From: Strigamia acuminata
Taxonomy: Eukaryota
Direction of reading: 5' to 3'
DNA length: 64,000 nt
NCBI GenBank assembly: GCA_949358305.1
Contig: OX442314.1
Location: 8,618,001 to 8,682,000 of the forward strand
A program made the position numbers and the translations under genes. How positions within the stretch are numbered: the first letter of the stretch is position 1; each line of letters opens with the position of its first letter. Positions 44,892 through 63,751 of this stretch are shown here, piece by piece. Under the pieces are notes generated by a model, which was given only the letters and a program-made list of their open reading frames with translations, searched no databases and was not told the DNA's origin.

Positions 44892-47483
44892 TGCACGAAA
44901 ACTGGATCAAAAATTGCACGCAAATAAATTTAAAGGTTCATTACTTTCCATTAATGCGAAAGGAATGTTTAGAGTTAAATCAACCAGTAGTATACGATTT
45001 TATTTTTTTTAATTTTTGGAGCAGAAATAGGTGAACTTGGCGCCAAAAAGAAGAAATATTTGTGTGCTCAGTGACCTGTACATTCCATTAAAATTTCCAC
45101 GATATTTTTTACGAAAAATCGTCCAAATCCATTTGTTTTCGGCTGACTTGCTGGCATTCAAACAAACAGACCAGCTTGCGCCATCTGTGAGCAATATTTC
45201 ATTATTTGATATATATTGTTGTGATCTCAAATGTCACCTTTGCAAATGAGATGGCAACGGTTGCCACGACGGGTCTTATCAAACACTTTGAATATTCTTC
45301 TAATATTGAAACAATTAATTCTAACGCTAAATGAGGAGAAATATTAATTGTTAATTAATATTCCTTCTCAAGACTAAAACTTGGCTAATAAAATCTAACT
45401 TATTAATAAAATACACTGGTTTGCGTAAGATGAATATTTTTATTTATTCTGGGAAATCTGGGTTAATAATACAAATTATGCTGTTAAATTAAACAATACT
45501 ACTTTAAATAATCGAAATAATGTTAGTAAATGGAAATGATAATAGAAACAATACAATCCCGCGACGTGGCTGGCTTGGCAACGTTGTGACTTCGTCTGTT
45601 TCTCCTCGAGTCGCAAATGGCGACAAAGAACACTCGCAAAGGCGAGAATAGTGCCGGAATATCCGGAAAGGACGTGCTTTCGCACTATTCAACACTACTC
45701 ACTACTCTGCAAACTCCTCCTCGACGGTCAGTGGTTTGGGTAATTTCTCGGGCTTGAGAAATTTCGTGGCGGCTGGTCGTCGTGGTTCGTCTCGGGCGGC
45801 GTCTCGCAATTCGGGTCCCGTAATGGCACCGTAAGCTGCGGCGATGTCGTCCGTCTCGCGTACGTCTCACACAGTAGATTCGACTCAAAGTTCCCGTGAA
45901 ACACGGTCTACTAAGAGCCAAAACTCTTCTTGATTCAACGCTCAAGGTGGCGCCCGCTTGTTGAGTACAAGGCTAAAACTTCCAAATGGTTACAACCAAT
46001 TTGGCCCCAAAACTCTCCAAAATTCCCAACTCAAACTAGCTGTTTGAGCAAGAATAAATCTAGCTGACAAATCCTGTACAGCAAGACAAATATCTAGCTA
46101 ATGAATCCCAATTAGCAAGATAATAAGATCCTGTATTGTTGGTTAACAACACAAGAAATGAATCCAAATACTTGGTATAAAATCACAATCATATTCTTAC
46201 TAGGTTTTTGGTTGAACACTGGAGCAAAATATGACATGACTGGTTTATACTGGGAAGAGACTTGAACTGAAGTTGTGGGAGCAATTTCTCCCAGAACTCC
46301 TAGGTGAATTGCACCACAACTCCTTATACGAATCCTTATTGCACCACTTCTCCCTATGCATGGACAGGATGCACATCCTGTGCAGCATCCAGGGCTGGAT
46401 GCCCAGGTAATCTTTGCAGCCGTTGCTTGATTACCCAATATGGTGCAATATTATGTGGCAATGAACATCATTAAATAAATAAAGAGATGGTTTTATAGGG
46501 AAAAAACAACTTTCAAACATTTATTCTTTAAAATACAATACTGATAAGGTAGGTTGAAAAACGTGATGATTGCTCTCATAATTTCGCAATTTGCTTTTGT
46601 CCAATAAATATCTTGTAGTATAAAATATGAGAATAAAATAAACACACTTAAAACATAAAACATGATAAATGTCTTTTCCCCTTCTCCTAATCCTTTCAGT
46701 GACCATCCAGGCCACTGCAATATGTAACAAATGTTGCACGTTTGCCACCACACGATGACGCGCCAACAAGTACCAATAAAAGTCAAACACTCGATACAGT
46801 TTTATTAGATACATGTTTTCAATTTATTTCAGTTGGAACTCGTCGTCTTCCACTACATTTGTTTGAAATCAATGCAAAAAAAATTTGATTCTGGCGGTTA
46901 TTACTTTAGGCAATTTATTTTTCAGTTTGACGAATTTTGCTATCGAATCCGCCATGTTGTATTTCAGTAAAAAAAATTATAACTTAAATATTTTATTAAA
47001 TATTTCAAACAGGAAACATAGCATTTAACACCAAAAAATAAACAAAAAACATTCTTTCATCTTTTCTACTTTAAACAACAACGCTTTAGCTATAAAAACT
47101 GTCATCAGATGGCGAATAAATACAGGAAATATTTGCAAATATCACATGATTTACAGCTTACACTTCAATTTGGTCTACAGATTCCACCACAACGCATAAA
47201 ATTTCAAAATCTAAAATCAATCACAACTTGGGATTCCCAAAATCCACAAAATCTCAAAATCCAACAAAATTCCACGCGTGTGCGCAAAACCCTCACCAGA
47301 TGACTCCCGCGCCCGGATCTTAACCCAGATCCGCGACGTCATCCCTCCGTCATCACAAAGAAAAGTGGAGAAGCGTTAAGCAAGCAACTACCGCCATGTT
47401 TAGGACGGAGTGAAGTCTGTCGATGCATTCCTACGGTTACGGTTGAAGCAAGGCAAGAGGATCTGCCACTGGTGGAAAAAACG

Positions 47484-52869
<5,386 letters not shown>

Positions 52870-55494
52870 AATGAATAGAATGAATTTTACGAGCGAAAAA
52901 ACAATTTTTTTTTTAAAAAAATGGCGTTGAAGAACGTGTAAGTAAAAAAAACGAAAAAAAAGAAAGAGCGGGGTTTTCCAAGTTAAAACATAAAAACATA
53001 AAAACCCGATGGAGGAAGAAAAAAAAATTGAAAAAGAAAGAAAAATGTCCAAAAAAAGAAATAAAAGTAAAAAAGCGAAAAAAGCGAAAGCTCGGTTGCG
53101 CTCCATGCGGCGAAATCGTTTGGGGTTTTCATTTGAGCCCAGCTTAGGAAAAAATGGACGTCGAACTCTGACGGTAAATTTATAAACAAGAAGAAAATGA
53201 AATAGACAAAGAAAGAATTAATAATGTTTGGTGCAGTTTTGTTGTTGCTAGACGAGAAAAAATGTTTTTCTTTTTGTAAATTATGTCATTTTTATTATTA
53301 TTATTATTTTTATTTTTCATTTTTTTTTTTTTTTTTATTATTTTATTTATTTTCTTTTTTTTTAATTATTCAAGAAAAACTGAAAGTGAAAATATGAAAA
53401 AATGAAATGGAAGGAAGGGGAAAAAATGGAAGTTTTCTGATCGTGTATGGCATGGAAGGGTTAAATAGAGATAATGGGAATTTTTACGGTTGATATGTTG
53501 GTGTTTAATTTTAATTTTAATCAATTTCTTTTTTCTCTCTGTCTCTCTCTCTCTTTATTTAACACTTTATTTTTTGATATAATTCTCTTTCTTTCGAATC
53601 ATCTCAGGGTTTGTTTTGATTTTGATTTTAATTTTTTGATTTTGATTTTTTGTTGTTTGTGGATTGGTAAAAAAGAAAAAGGAAAAAAAAAAATCAGTTG
53701 TTGTGTTATTATCTGCAGTAGAAGAGCTGAGCTGATGAATTTTGAAGAGTTGATTTTCTTCCCTCTTAAAAATCTCTGCCTTTCCATGAGAATTAAATTA
53801 AATTAAATTAAAATATCTCTCTTTAAATCGTGTTTGTTTGAATTGGCTACTGTAATATATTGGAATTTGTATTGTATCTTGACTTTCAGCAAATAAAAAT
53901 TTATTCATCAAAACCTCCTTTTTTTCTTCTTTCGCCTCTTTTATTCAAATCTTTCAAATATCCAACATGTTATTTTCTATTAATTGCCAATTACTTGTTA
54001 CTTGTTGTCATCCCAAGGTACAGTGCGGCAACATCTGGCACCACTGTCAGGTCTAAACAAAATGGAGGCAGCTAAGCCTAATTTCGGTTTGCTCGCTTGT
54101 TGGGAAGTTAAGGCGTGATGGAGTGCGGTAACCACTTTGAATTTTCCTCCTGAATTATGGAGTTGTTACACAGTTTATCAAGCCTGACAACCAAGAAACA
54201 GGTCCATGAATAATTCTTTGAGTTTTGAGCTTCGTGATGGTGCGGAGCGCTCTCGTGGTAATAACTGCAACGAATAAACTATAAAACCAAAATTCGCACG
54301 AGGTCAATCAGTTGAATTTTTTATTTTCTTTAACATATTTCCATTGATTTCCAAAATTATTGAATTATTTTAAAATCTTTTTTACGGCGGTCTCGGGGTT
54401 GGACACTTTTGGCCCTTTCCTCATGAGCTATTCGCATTTGCATAGAAAGTTGTCACAAATACCGACCCATAGTCTCATCTTATCGCAATAAGCTTTGTAT
54501 CTAGCCGTTATTGCTAATCAGATTAAAACATGTCAATGCTCGCGGATGAATGAATGATTTTTGTGCAAAATATAACTTACCCATGCACGACAGAATGACA
54601 AGGAACAAGACGATTAGATATTTCATTTTGGATCTTGTTTGCCGGATGTGGCTGCCGTATTTGTACGTGTTACGGTGTATATATTATTCGTTGAATTTAG
54701 TTGAATTCTCCCTTGACTTGCGGCAAATAAAAATTTATTCGTCAAATGCAACTTGTTTTTCTCTTGTTTTCAAAGTAAAAGAATAAATATGAACTCGTCC
54801 TGAATCGCGGGATCCGAGAGCAGCGAGCAAGTGACGTCACGGATGATTTTCGTACCTGGTTAACGTGGGATTGCGGCGCGGGAGATTTGTTTTTACAGTT
54901 AAAATTGTTTTGATTGTCTTGAAACTTTTGATGAATTCAAATATTTGCAAACTAAATTGTATTTTAAAGCTGAATCAAACTAAAAATAAAACTTTTTGTC
55001 TTGGACGTTTTGTTTTTACTTTCAAATCAAATTGTTTAATAAGATATATCTGATTAATGTTTTATACTTCTACGAAGTAAAAAGCAGTTAAATTAAAAGA
55101 AAAAATGAATGAAAAGTTTGTTTCAATAAAACACGGCTTTTATTTATCAAACAAAATGTCATTATAATTGTTCTCAAAATTTAATTTAAAAAGTACTGAT
55201 AATCTCAAAGTGTAATTACAAATGAACGCGAGCAATCTCCAAAATCTAATTAAATATCAACAAAACATCCATAAACTAATCGAAAGATAAAATATAAAAA
55301 AAGAATAAAGTCTAAATGCCAAAAACTTTGAGATTTAGCGAGACAACTTAGTGAAAAAATATGCAATCACATTGGGTTTTGTTTTGAGGCAAAATGGATT
55401 GAAACAAATTTAAATATTAACTTTAAATGCAGAAATAAGCAGAGATGTGAAAAGACGCTTGGTGAAAGAATTATGATCATGGTGCGAGAATTAT

Positions 55495-56270
55495 TCAATT
55501 TGTATGCTTTATTAAATGTTTTTTTAAAGCATCTTTTCTCGCACAGGAATAAGCACAAGACTGGCATTTGAATGCTTTTTCTCTGGTATGGGTTACAATA
55601 TGTTTTTTTAAATTCCCACTTCCAATACAGGAGTAAGCACACAAATGACACTTCAATGGTTTTTCTCCACTATGGGTTAATAAATGTGATTTTAAACTCC
55701 CACTTCGATTGCAAGAATAAGCGCAGAAATGACACTTGAATGGTTTTTCCCGAGTGTGGGTTGTTACATGTCTTTTTAAATCCCCACTTCCAATACAGGA
55801 GTAAGCACACAAATGACACTTGAATGGTTTTTCCCCAGTATGGGTTGCTACATGTCGTTTTAAACTCCCACTATCGATACAAGAATAAGCACATTCATGA
55901 CACTTGAATGATTTTTCGCCACTATGAGTTAATAAATGTGATTTTAAACTCCCACTTTCACTGCAAGAAAAAGTGCATAAATGACACTTGAATGGTTTTT
56001 CTCCACTATGGGTTAATAAATGTGATTTTAAACTCCCACTTTTGATACAAGAATAAGCACATAAATGACACTTGAATGGTTTTTCTCCCGTGTGAGTTCG
56101 CACGTGGCGTGGACAACTAACGTGCTTCTAGCTCTAAAAGGCATTGAACACACCTGGCACTTGAAGGGCTTTTCACCGGTATGTATAAGCATGTGGTTCT
56201 TCAAACTTGAATAACGTGAACACGTAGAATCACACAGATTGCAATCGTAACGCAGTTCTTTTCTCTCCAT
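55495..56270 (-). pseudogene. C2H2 zinc-finger gene copy 4 (9 fingers) with frameshift in finger 2
   Basis: A 5-bp tandem duplication (CGTGG CGTGG at 56103-56112) shifts the frame between VVH and RTH. Confidence 0.85.
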
Positions 56271-56862
56271 TTTGTTTATTAAAAAAATAACGAGACTCCG
56301 TGCTGAGTGCAGAAAATGTTCGGTTTGCAAACTATACCACTAATTTTTGATGGTTGGTTATCGCTCAATCGAAAATGAACATTCTGCAATTAGAATAAGT
56401 CAAACATTAGGTTTTATAAATAAAAAGATTTTGCTGAGAGTATTCTATTGGATGACCGAGTTTACCTTCAGCGCGTCTTATGACAGTGTTAACCAGGAAT
56501 CCCTGGTGTGATATCAGCCAACTAATCAAAATAAATCAAATTAAAATCATGTTTACAATTAGTAATTTCAATAAGGATATATCCTACCTCAAATCTGACA
56601 AAAAGACGAACGGGAAACGATATTTTCAGCTGCAAATGGCGCGGCGTGACTCTTGCAGTGACGGGAAAACCTGGGATAGCGAGCAGTCGGCTGTCACTAA
56701 AACCCGCAATCACAAGTTTTCCTATCACAAGCCGTGTGGTTTGTTTTAAGTCGTATGTGGGAATGAATGAACTTTCTCAGATTGTTGACTTATGTAGCCT
56801 TCCCATAGCCAAGCCTGGCTCCCACACGTTGCTAGCTGTGGTCGGTCAAATCGGCTTTCTTT

Positions 56863-57012
56863 TAAAATGTTTCTGCGCATGTGCAGAATCTTATTTCTCC
56901 AGGTGCAATCGCATTTTTCCTGGCCTCAGCACATGTGTTAATGTGCTCAAACCAAAAAAAATGTGATTGCACCTGGAAAATTAAGATTGTGCACATGCGC
57001 AGAATCGTTTCA
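56863..57012. repeat. Imperfect ~150-bp palindrome, probable MITE core
   Basis: TTCTGCGCATGTGCAGAATCTT...CCAGGTGCAATC / GATTGCACCTGG...AAGATTGTGCACATGCGCAGAA. Confidence 0.65.
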
Positions 57013-58414
57013 ATTTACCACCTAGTGCTAAAAAGTGGCAAAACAGTGTACGGCGCTCACGTAATGGTGTTTTATGTTGTAAATATTATTCTTATTATTA
57101 GTTTATCTTAATCCTAATCGAAATAATATTAGAACTTAGTTATTATAAATTTAGAAAAAATATTTTTGGAGGAATTAAAGCTGCACAACTTCCAACCACA
57201 TTGACATTGCTCAATTAAATCACTTCCCACAAATTTAGCTGACTGTAATTAGACGGAAAAAAATCCTAACAGGAAAAATATCAATAAAGGAAAAAAATTA
57301 CTGTTGAAGGCATTGCAACTATACATTTTTTCTATAGTTAACATTGCACAACGAGTCCAGTTGTGATGTTCTGCACTGGTCGTTTTAAATTTTAATTGTG
57401 ACCGTTTGACGTGACGTAGGGAGAGTGGGAATCTCTGAAATCCACGAAATCAAACAAATTGTCTCGGATAACGGAAAAAAATCGAGCAAAATCTTTAAAG
57501 AAAACGCGAAAAATTCGCTCAGATTCCTGACATCTTCAAATCCACAGCAAATCTCTTAAATCTTTAGTAAATCTGTAAAATTTTTAAAATCTCTAAATCC
57601 AATAAATCTACAAAATTTTCCGAAATCTCAGAAATTGTAAAAATCCATAAAACATTCCAAGTAATCGAAAAACCCAAGCAAAATATTTAGAGAAATCCGT
57701 TCTCTTTTTATACTTATGAGCACGTGCTGGATTGCACAAGAGCCAACGGAAAAATGATATTCGAATAAATCACAACAATTCAATTGAAAAAAAAAGAAAT
57801 ATGGCAAGCAATGCATCAAAATAAAAATATCTCAGTTGGGGAAAAACTAATAATTGTGCAATTATTAACATTGTGTATAAAAAATATACATAGAAAATTT
57901 TAAACGAGTAATATTTATTTTATTCCAGTGAAAATAAAACCAAAAGATCCTGTTAATTTTGTTTAATTTAATGTTGCTGTGTGAAAGTATTGATCTGTGC
58001 ATAGAATATATTCATATTAAATAAAAAGCCGAAATTGGCTTAAATTACATATTTTGCGAAAATCGGTAAATAAATGCATAAATTGCCTTTTTTCCGGAAA
58101 AAAAAACGGCGATTTTGTGTCTTTTTTAATGATGACGTTTTGTCAAAATGGCGTCACTTATTGCTTTCAAAAATGGCTTAATCGACAAAAACTCAAAGTA
58201 TAATTTTAATGATAAATGGGTGCTGTTGGTTTAGTTTTGCACCAATTCTTTTTTCTGTCACAAGTTCATTAACATATTTGCACTTGTGATTGATTAAATA
58301 TTGCAAAATTATTAGTTTTTTTCCTTAATTGCAATATTTTTTTGATGCATTGCTTATTTCACAATTACTAATTACTTATCCAAAGAACCAAATCTGAAAT
58401 TGCAATGATTTTCA

Positions 58415-58628
58415 ATGACATCAAGACACCGGACTTGATCATGATCACTGAAACTTGGCCCACCTCGGACTGTCCTGATGAAATTCTGCACATCCCCGGC
58501 TATTCCCTAGTCAGCTCCGATCGTCCCTCTTATGGCGGCGGAGTTGCTTTATTTTTTAACCACAATTTCTCCCTCTTCCACTCGCTAGCGGTAGAGGGCA
58601 ACGGCGTTGAACTTCTTTACGCCCAGAG
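58415..58628 (+). mobile_element. LINE (CR1/Jockey-group) APE-endonuclease fragment
   Basis: PDLIMITETW...IPGYSLVSSDR...GGGVALF is the typical N-terminus of a non-LTR ORF2 endonuclease. It marks a breakpoint of the cassette. Confidence 0.8.
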
Positions 58629-58801
58629 AGAAAACCTGGGATAGCGAGCCGTCCGCTGTCACTAAAACCCGCAACCACAGGTTTACCTATCCCTATCACA
58701 AGCCGTGTGGTGCCATGGCGGCGAAAATATTTCGTTTTAAAAAAAATAAAATAAAACAAAGAGCAAAATTAGGGACACTTAAAATGGTAAAACAAAACAA
58801 A

Positions 58802-59875
58802 CTAAATTAAACAAAATGACACTACTTGTTCACTGTTTAGGGCGATTTCCCGGAGGAAATCCAGCACTTCCATACCTTCTCTTTCCTCCATCAGATTTTT
58901 CAAGCGCAATTCCTTTTGTCTTTCTCGCGGGCTTTTCGTTCGTTTACCTCTCGTATACAATGTATCGCAAGCAAATTCCGTATCCGCTTGCTCTCGCTGC
59001 AACGCAACAAACATGCAAAAAAGCCCAACGTCTCTTTCTTCGATTAAATTACGGAAACAAGAGAACCACGACTTCACGGCGTTTGCTGTCCGTGGTTGTT
59101 TCGCCTCCATAACCGCGTAAGAACTCCACAACTCCGGCGGAAACTCCGGTTTACTTCGAACTCCATTCTGCAACTTACCAAAAACATAATTCTCCTCCCA
59201 CCACTCCAACAACCCAGCCGCATCTTCACCAAAAAGTGGCTTTAAGAGCCCATAAGCGGCCTTGATTCTTTCAACCGGCAAAAATGACAAAGCAGAGAGC
59301 TGTTTCACCCGTAATTTAAATTCGGCATCCCCAAAATACTTTTTACGTAAACCCTCGCGCTGTACGCGACGCCAAATGTTCGACGCTAAATGGAAATAAC
59401 ATCCGTGCATTCGGGTTTTAGGGAAAACTTTGCGCGCGACGTCCATTGCGTCGTCCTCGTAATCGCTAACGAAGAAATCGGGCTCAAATTTTTGACCAAT
59501 TTCTTTGTGGATTAGGTTTTTTAGTTTTTGAAACATCGTGAGGTAAGATGCGATGGTTTTATGTTCCATTAGGCAGAACACCATGGGTAAGATGTGCCTG
59601 GTTGCTTCGGAATAACCGACTTCGCAGTGTACCGTGTACATTTGAGCGAATAATGGCGGCACTGTTCGGGATGTGCTGCCTCCGACAATACTTTTGGCTT
59701 TGCTTAAGTGACGTAGGTTTTCGAGAGTTGTGAAAAGGAGCATTTTTGAACCGCATTCGGTTGTGAGGGCGCCGTATAAAAAACGTTTGCCGCGTAATGT
59801 GTCGGTGTATGGCTCGATGGCCTCCCAGGTCAGTTCGTCAAGTGAGTCTGGCTCCTCGGTTAAATCGGTCGACAT
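58802..59875 (-). CDS. Full-length MULE transposase-derived protein, 357 aa, catalytic D1 and E substituted
   Basis: EPDSLDEL, GGSTSRTVPPLFAQMYTVH (canonical DGTF), FVSDYE, MHGCYFHL and RTANAVKSW (canonical RTNNxxE). Confidence 0.85.
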   Translation of the reverse strand: MSTDLTEEPDSLDELTWEAIEPYTDTLRGKRFLYGALTTECGSKMLLFTTLENLRHLSKAKSIVGGSTSRTVPPLFAQMYTVHCEVGYSEATRHILPMVFCLMEHKTIASYLTMFQKLKNLIHKEIGQKFEPDFFVSDYEDDAMDVARKVFPKTRMHGCYFHLASNIWRRVQREGLRKKYFGDAEFKLRVKQLSALSFLPVERIKAAYGLLKPLFGEDAAGLLEWWEENYVFGKLQNGVRSKPEFPPELWSSYAVMEAKQPRTANAVKSWFSCFRNLIEERDVGLFCMFVALQREQADTEFACDTLYTRGKRTKSPRERQKELRLKNLMEEREGMEVLDFLREIALNSEQVVSFCLI

Positions 59876-60310
59876 GGTTTGTTGTATGTCGGAATGAATG
59901 AACTTTCTCAGATTGTTGACCTATTTATCCATTAAAAGGTAACGTCGGGAATACGTGTGCGATCGTCGGTCTTACGTCACTTTAGCGACAGTCGAGGTAG
60001 CGACTTTCGGGATAATTGGTACGTTTTAGCGACGTACACGTTAGCGGCAACAACTCCTACTGCGAGGTAATTCGTACGTTTTAGCGACGTATCGGTGTAG
60101 CGACCGATACGTTTTGGCAACGTATCGATCCTACCGTCTTCACTCAAATACAACGTCATGATGTTTTTTTTCAAAACTCGCCGTTTTCAAAAGTTTTAGC
60201 GATTTTTCGAATATAACGTTACTTCGAATATAACGTCAGGACGTCAGGACGTCAGGACGAGAGTACACCTTTTTTTTGCCGAATAGAGCGGGGTAAAAAG
60301 GGTCCTTTAC

Positions 60311-61942
60311 TATGGTGGCCCAGAAGGGCCATCGTAATTTGTTCAAAAATAGAAAAAATTACACGTGGCCCAGGAGGGCCATCGGCCCAGGAGGGCCAAA
60401 AAAATAAAAAATTTCAAAAATGAAACAATTTCAAAATTTTGGAAAAGCCGTGGCCCAGGAGGGCCATCGACCCAGAAGGGCCACCCAAATTTTTTTCATT
60501 TTTGATAAAATATCCACATGGCCCAGGAGGGCCGTTGGACCAGGAGGGCCATTGGACCAGAAGGGCCAAAAAAACAAAAAAATTACATTGAAATTTTTTA
60601 TTTTTTTGGCCCTCCTGGGCCGATGGCCCTCCTGGGCCACGTGGACTTTTTTCCAATAAATGGAAAAATTTACACGTGACCCAGGAGGGCCATCGGCCCA
60701 GAAGGGCCAAAAAAATGAAAAATTTCAATGAAATTTTTTGTTTTTTTGGCCCTTCAAAACATCAAATAAAACGTCTAAAACATAAAAACCCAAGAAAAAG
60801 GTGACTATGTACGTTTTAAAATGCATTTCAAACAGCTGAAAATCTCAATTGTGTCATATACGACGCTTTTTTTATCCAATCATACGGACCACGCATCATC
60901 TGCGGCCTCAATCCGTGTTGCACGAGCCCCGAGCCGCAATCCTGACTCCCCGCCAACACTCGATGATGCACACGCCGGCGACTCCGAGCCCGAAACCCCG
61001 TCACTCGAATCAGGCGACTGTTGCCCGCATCCATCGACACCAGAATCGGGCGAATGTTGATATTGCGGCTGCGCAAAGTACTCGTGGACCCCGCCAAACG
61101 CGAAACCAGGGTTACCCGACCCGTTCACGGAATTCACGGGACTTCCGAAACTCCAGTCGTCGAAAACCGGAGTCCGCGACAAACAAAACGACGAATTCGA
61201 CGCTTGGCCGGGCCAAGAGGTTTGATGCCGCCCAACTGGCTCACGGTGCACGGCGGCTCCTGTTGATGCGATGCGGGGAAGTGCGGGGCAGCGAGTTGTG
61301 TCGGACCGTACGGGAAATAACGGCAAGTATTAGGACTAGGCAAATTATTAGGACGACAGCAGCATAATCGATGGGGAATGTTAATAATATCTTTGGTTCA
61401 CCAGGTATAGTTAAATTGTATTTAAAGAAGGGGCCACAAACACAATTCGTTGGTTGAATGAAATAAAGAATGTTAGACATGTTTTTGATGATAATAATAA
61501 TGATAATAATTAAGTACGAGTAAAAAGAATCAAAATGGGACTTTGGCCCTCCTGGGCCGATGGCCCTCCTGGGCCACGTGTAAATTTTTCTATTTATTAG
61601 AAAAAAGTCCACGTGGCCCAGGAGGGCCATCGGCTTAGGAGGGCCAAAAAAATGAAAAATTTCAATGTAATTTTTTTGTTTTTTTGGCCCTTTTGGTCCA
61701 ATGGCCCTCCTGGTCCGACGGCCCTCCTGGGCCACGTGAATATTTTATCAAAAATGAAAAAAATTTGGGTGGCCCTTCTGGGTCGATGGCCCTCCTGGGC
61801 CACGGCTTTTCCAAAATTTTGAAATTGTTTCATTTTTAAAATTTTTTATTTTTTTGGCCCTCCTGGGCCGATGGCCCTCCTGGGCCACGTGTAATTTTTT
61901 CTATTTTTGAACAAATTACGATGGCCCTTCTGGGCCACCATA
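60311..61942. mobile_element. IS3EU-like non-autonomous foldback DNA transposon
   Basis: Termini TATGGTGGCC...GGCCACCATA, 6-bp TSD CTTTAC (60305-60310, 61943-61948), and ~400-bp TIRs built from GGCCCAGGAGGGCC units. Confidence 0.8.
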
Positions 61943-62619
61943 CTTTACTGACCATTTCAACCTTCCACAACTTGCGTGTTATGTAAAGCATCTTGTTGGA
62001 CATTGGTCACTTGTTCGACCCTTGTATTGAAAATCCAAACTCAATCAGTAGTCCACTATTACGTGTATCACTATAGCGACCGCCACTTTAGCGACGGGTA
62101 AACTATAGCGGTGAACACCGTCGCTAAGGTCACGTCACTAAAATAACCCGTCGTCATTTTAAACGTTACGTAAGAAATTGTAGCGAGGTTAACGATTGTG
62201 GCACAGATGATTTGGTGGTTTTAAGTAGAATGGCTGGTTGTTTAGCAAGTCACAAGTAACAAAATGTATGTAGTTTTAATTTGTAGCCAATTTTTAAACA
62301 GGAAGATGAAAAATATGAAATTTTTAGGAAAAAATATGAAATTTTTAGGCAAAAAATTGAAATTTTTAGGCAAAAAATCGAAATTTTTAGGCAAAAAATT
62401 GAAATTTTTAGGCAAAAAATTGAAAATTTTAGTATTTTTGGATAAAAAATGCAATTTTTGGACAGACTAATACAATCTTGAGATTACATTCTGCTCTGAA
62501 ATCCCGTAAAATCAACAATGAATGACAAACTAGCAAAAATATAGCGCAATAAAAGAAAAAACGCAAAATAACGGCTCGCAGCGCACATAAAACATCGCCT
62601 GTACAGCAAGCAGGTTTCA

Positions 62620-63030
62620 CTGCACAACTTCCAACCAATGCAAACAAGTGAAAACACACAGACATTGCGCAAGTAAATCACTTCCTACATATTTAGCTGG
62701 CTGGAATCAGAAAGGAGAAAATCCTAACAGGAAAAATGTCAAACTATAACACAATATAAATATAAAGGAAAAAAATTACTGTTGAAGTAATGCAACTATA
62801 CATTTTTTTATAGTTAACAAATCGAGCAAAATCTTTAATGAAATCGCGCGAAATTTGCTCAGGCGTCTGAAATCTTCAAATACACAGCAAATCTCTTACC
62901 TCTTTAGAAAATTTTCAAAATCTTTAAAATCTCTAAATTCAAAAAATCTTCAAAATCCCCCGTAATACCAGTAATCATAAAAATCTATAAAATTATTCAA
63001 TAAATCAAAAAACCCAAGCAAAATCTTTTG
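62620..63030. repeat. Dispersed duplicate of ~57180-57690 (upstream part of the repeated cassette)
   Basis: Shared blocks such as 'ctgcacaacttccaacca', 'aaaaaattactgttgaag', 'atcgagcaaaatcttta' and 'aaaacccaagcaaaat'. Confidence 0.75.
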
Positions 63031-63462
63031 TGATTTAGCAGGATTACAAAATCTCGTGCACGGTTTGTGGCCGTCCTGTCCGTTGCTAAGACGCCATGTT
63101 TCTTGCTAAAGCGAACTCGTCTACTTGTTTTCACACCATTAAATAAATTTGTATTAATTTCTTGACGAGGACTTTATTTATTCATTTTTTACAATTGATT
63201 AGTTCATATTTTAAATGTGGTAATCTGCAATATGTTTGTCATCGATCGAATTGAGTCCTCAGTCATACATTCATCTTTCCTGAAAAGTGAAAACAAAAAA
63301 ATTATTCAAACGTAATTTCCAACTAGTGTTAAATATAACAAAATTAATATTTCTACTTTAGTTCTCTACATTGATAACTAATGATTTAAAGTTTATACAC
63401 TTGAAAAACATCTGCGTGTTAAACCAGAATAACCAAATAGATATTTAGTATTAAATTACTTT

Positions 63463-63751
63463 TTATTTTGGTGCTCTGTAATTGTAACACCTGCAAAACT
63501 TCTTTGATGACGAACAGAAGCTTATAACAAAAGAAGCATCTAGTTCCGTGCAATATGTGGCGCATTCACCTTTGCCTTTATCATCACTGTTTATGTTGCA
63601 GGCTTTGCGTTCCTGTGCTATTCCAAATAAGAATTGTAGATTTTTTTTTCAAGGATAAAATATTGAAAGGAAGAATGAAATGTCTTTGTTCAGAATAAAA
63701 CTTACCAGCGCACAGCATAAGACACATTAACACGAGGACTAGATATTTCAT
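63463..63751 (-). CDS. Secreted CSab defensin-like peptide paralog, 66 aa (exons 63751-63706, 63617-63463)
   Basis: MKYLVLVLMCLMLCAA-QERKACNINSDDKGKGECATYCTELDASFVISFCSSSKKFCRCYNYRAPK*. Exon 1, the UTR and the promoter are near-identical to 4218-4484. Confidence 0.78.

Noticed and set aside
46112..46960. Minus-strand gene head-to-head with PAP (AACATGGCGG near 46955; Cys-rich ORF 46112-46438)
   Set aside because: Frames stop early and differ between the two duplicated copies, with no recognisable domain.
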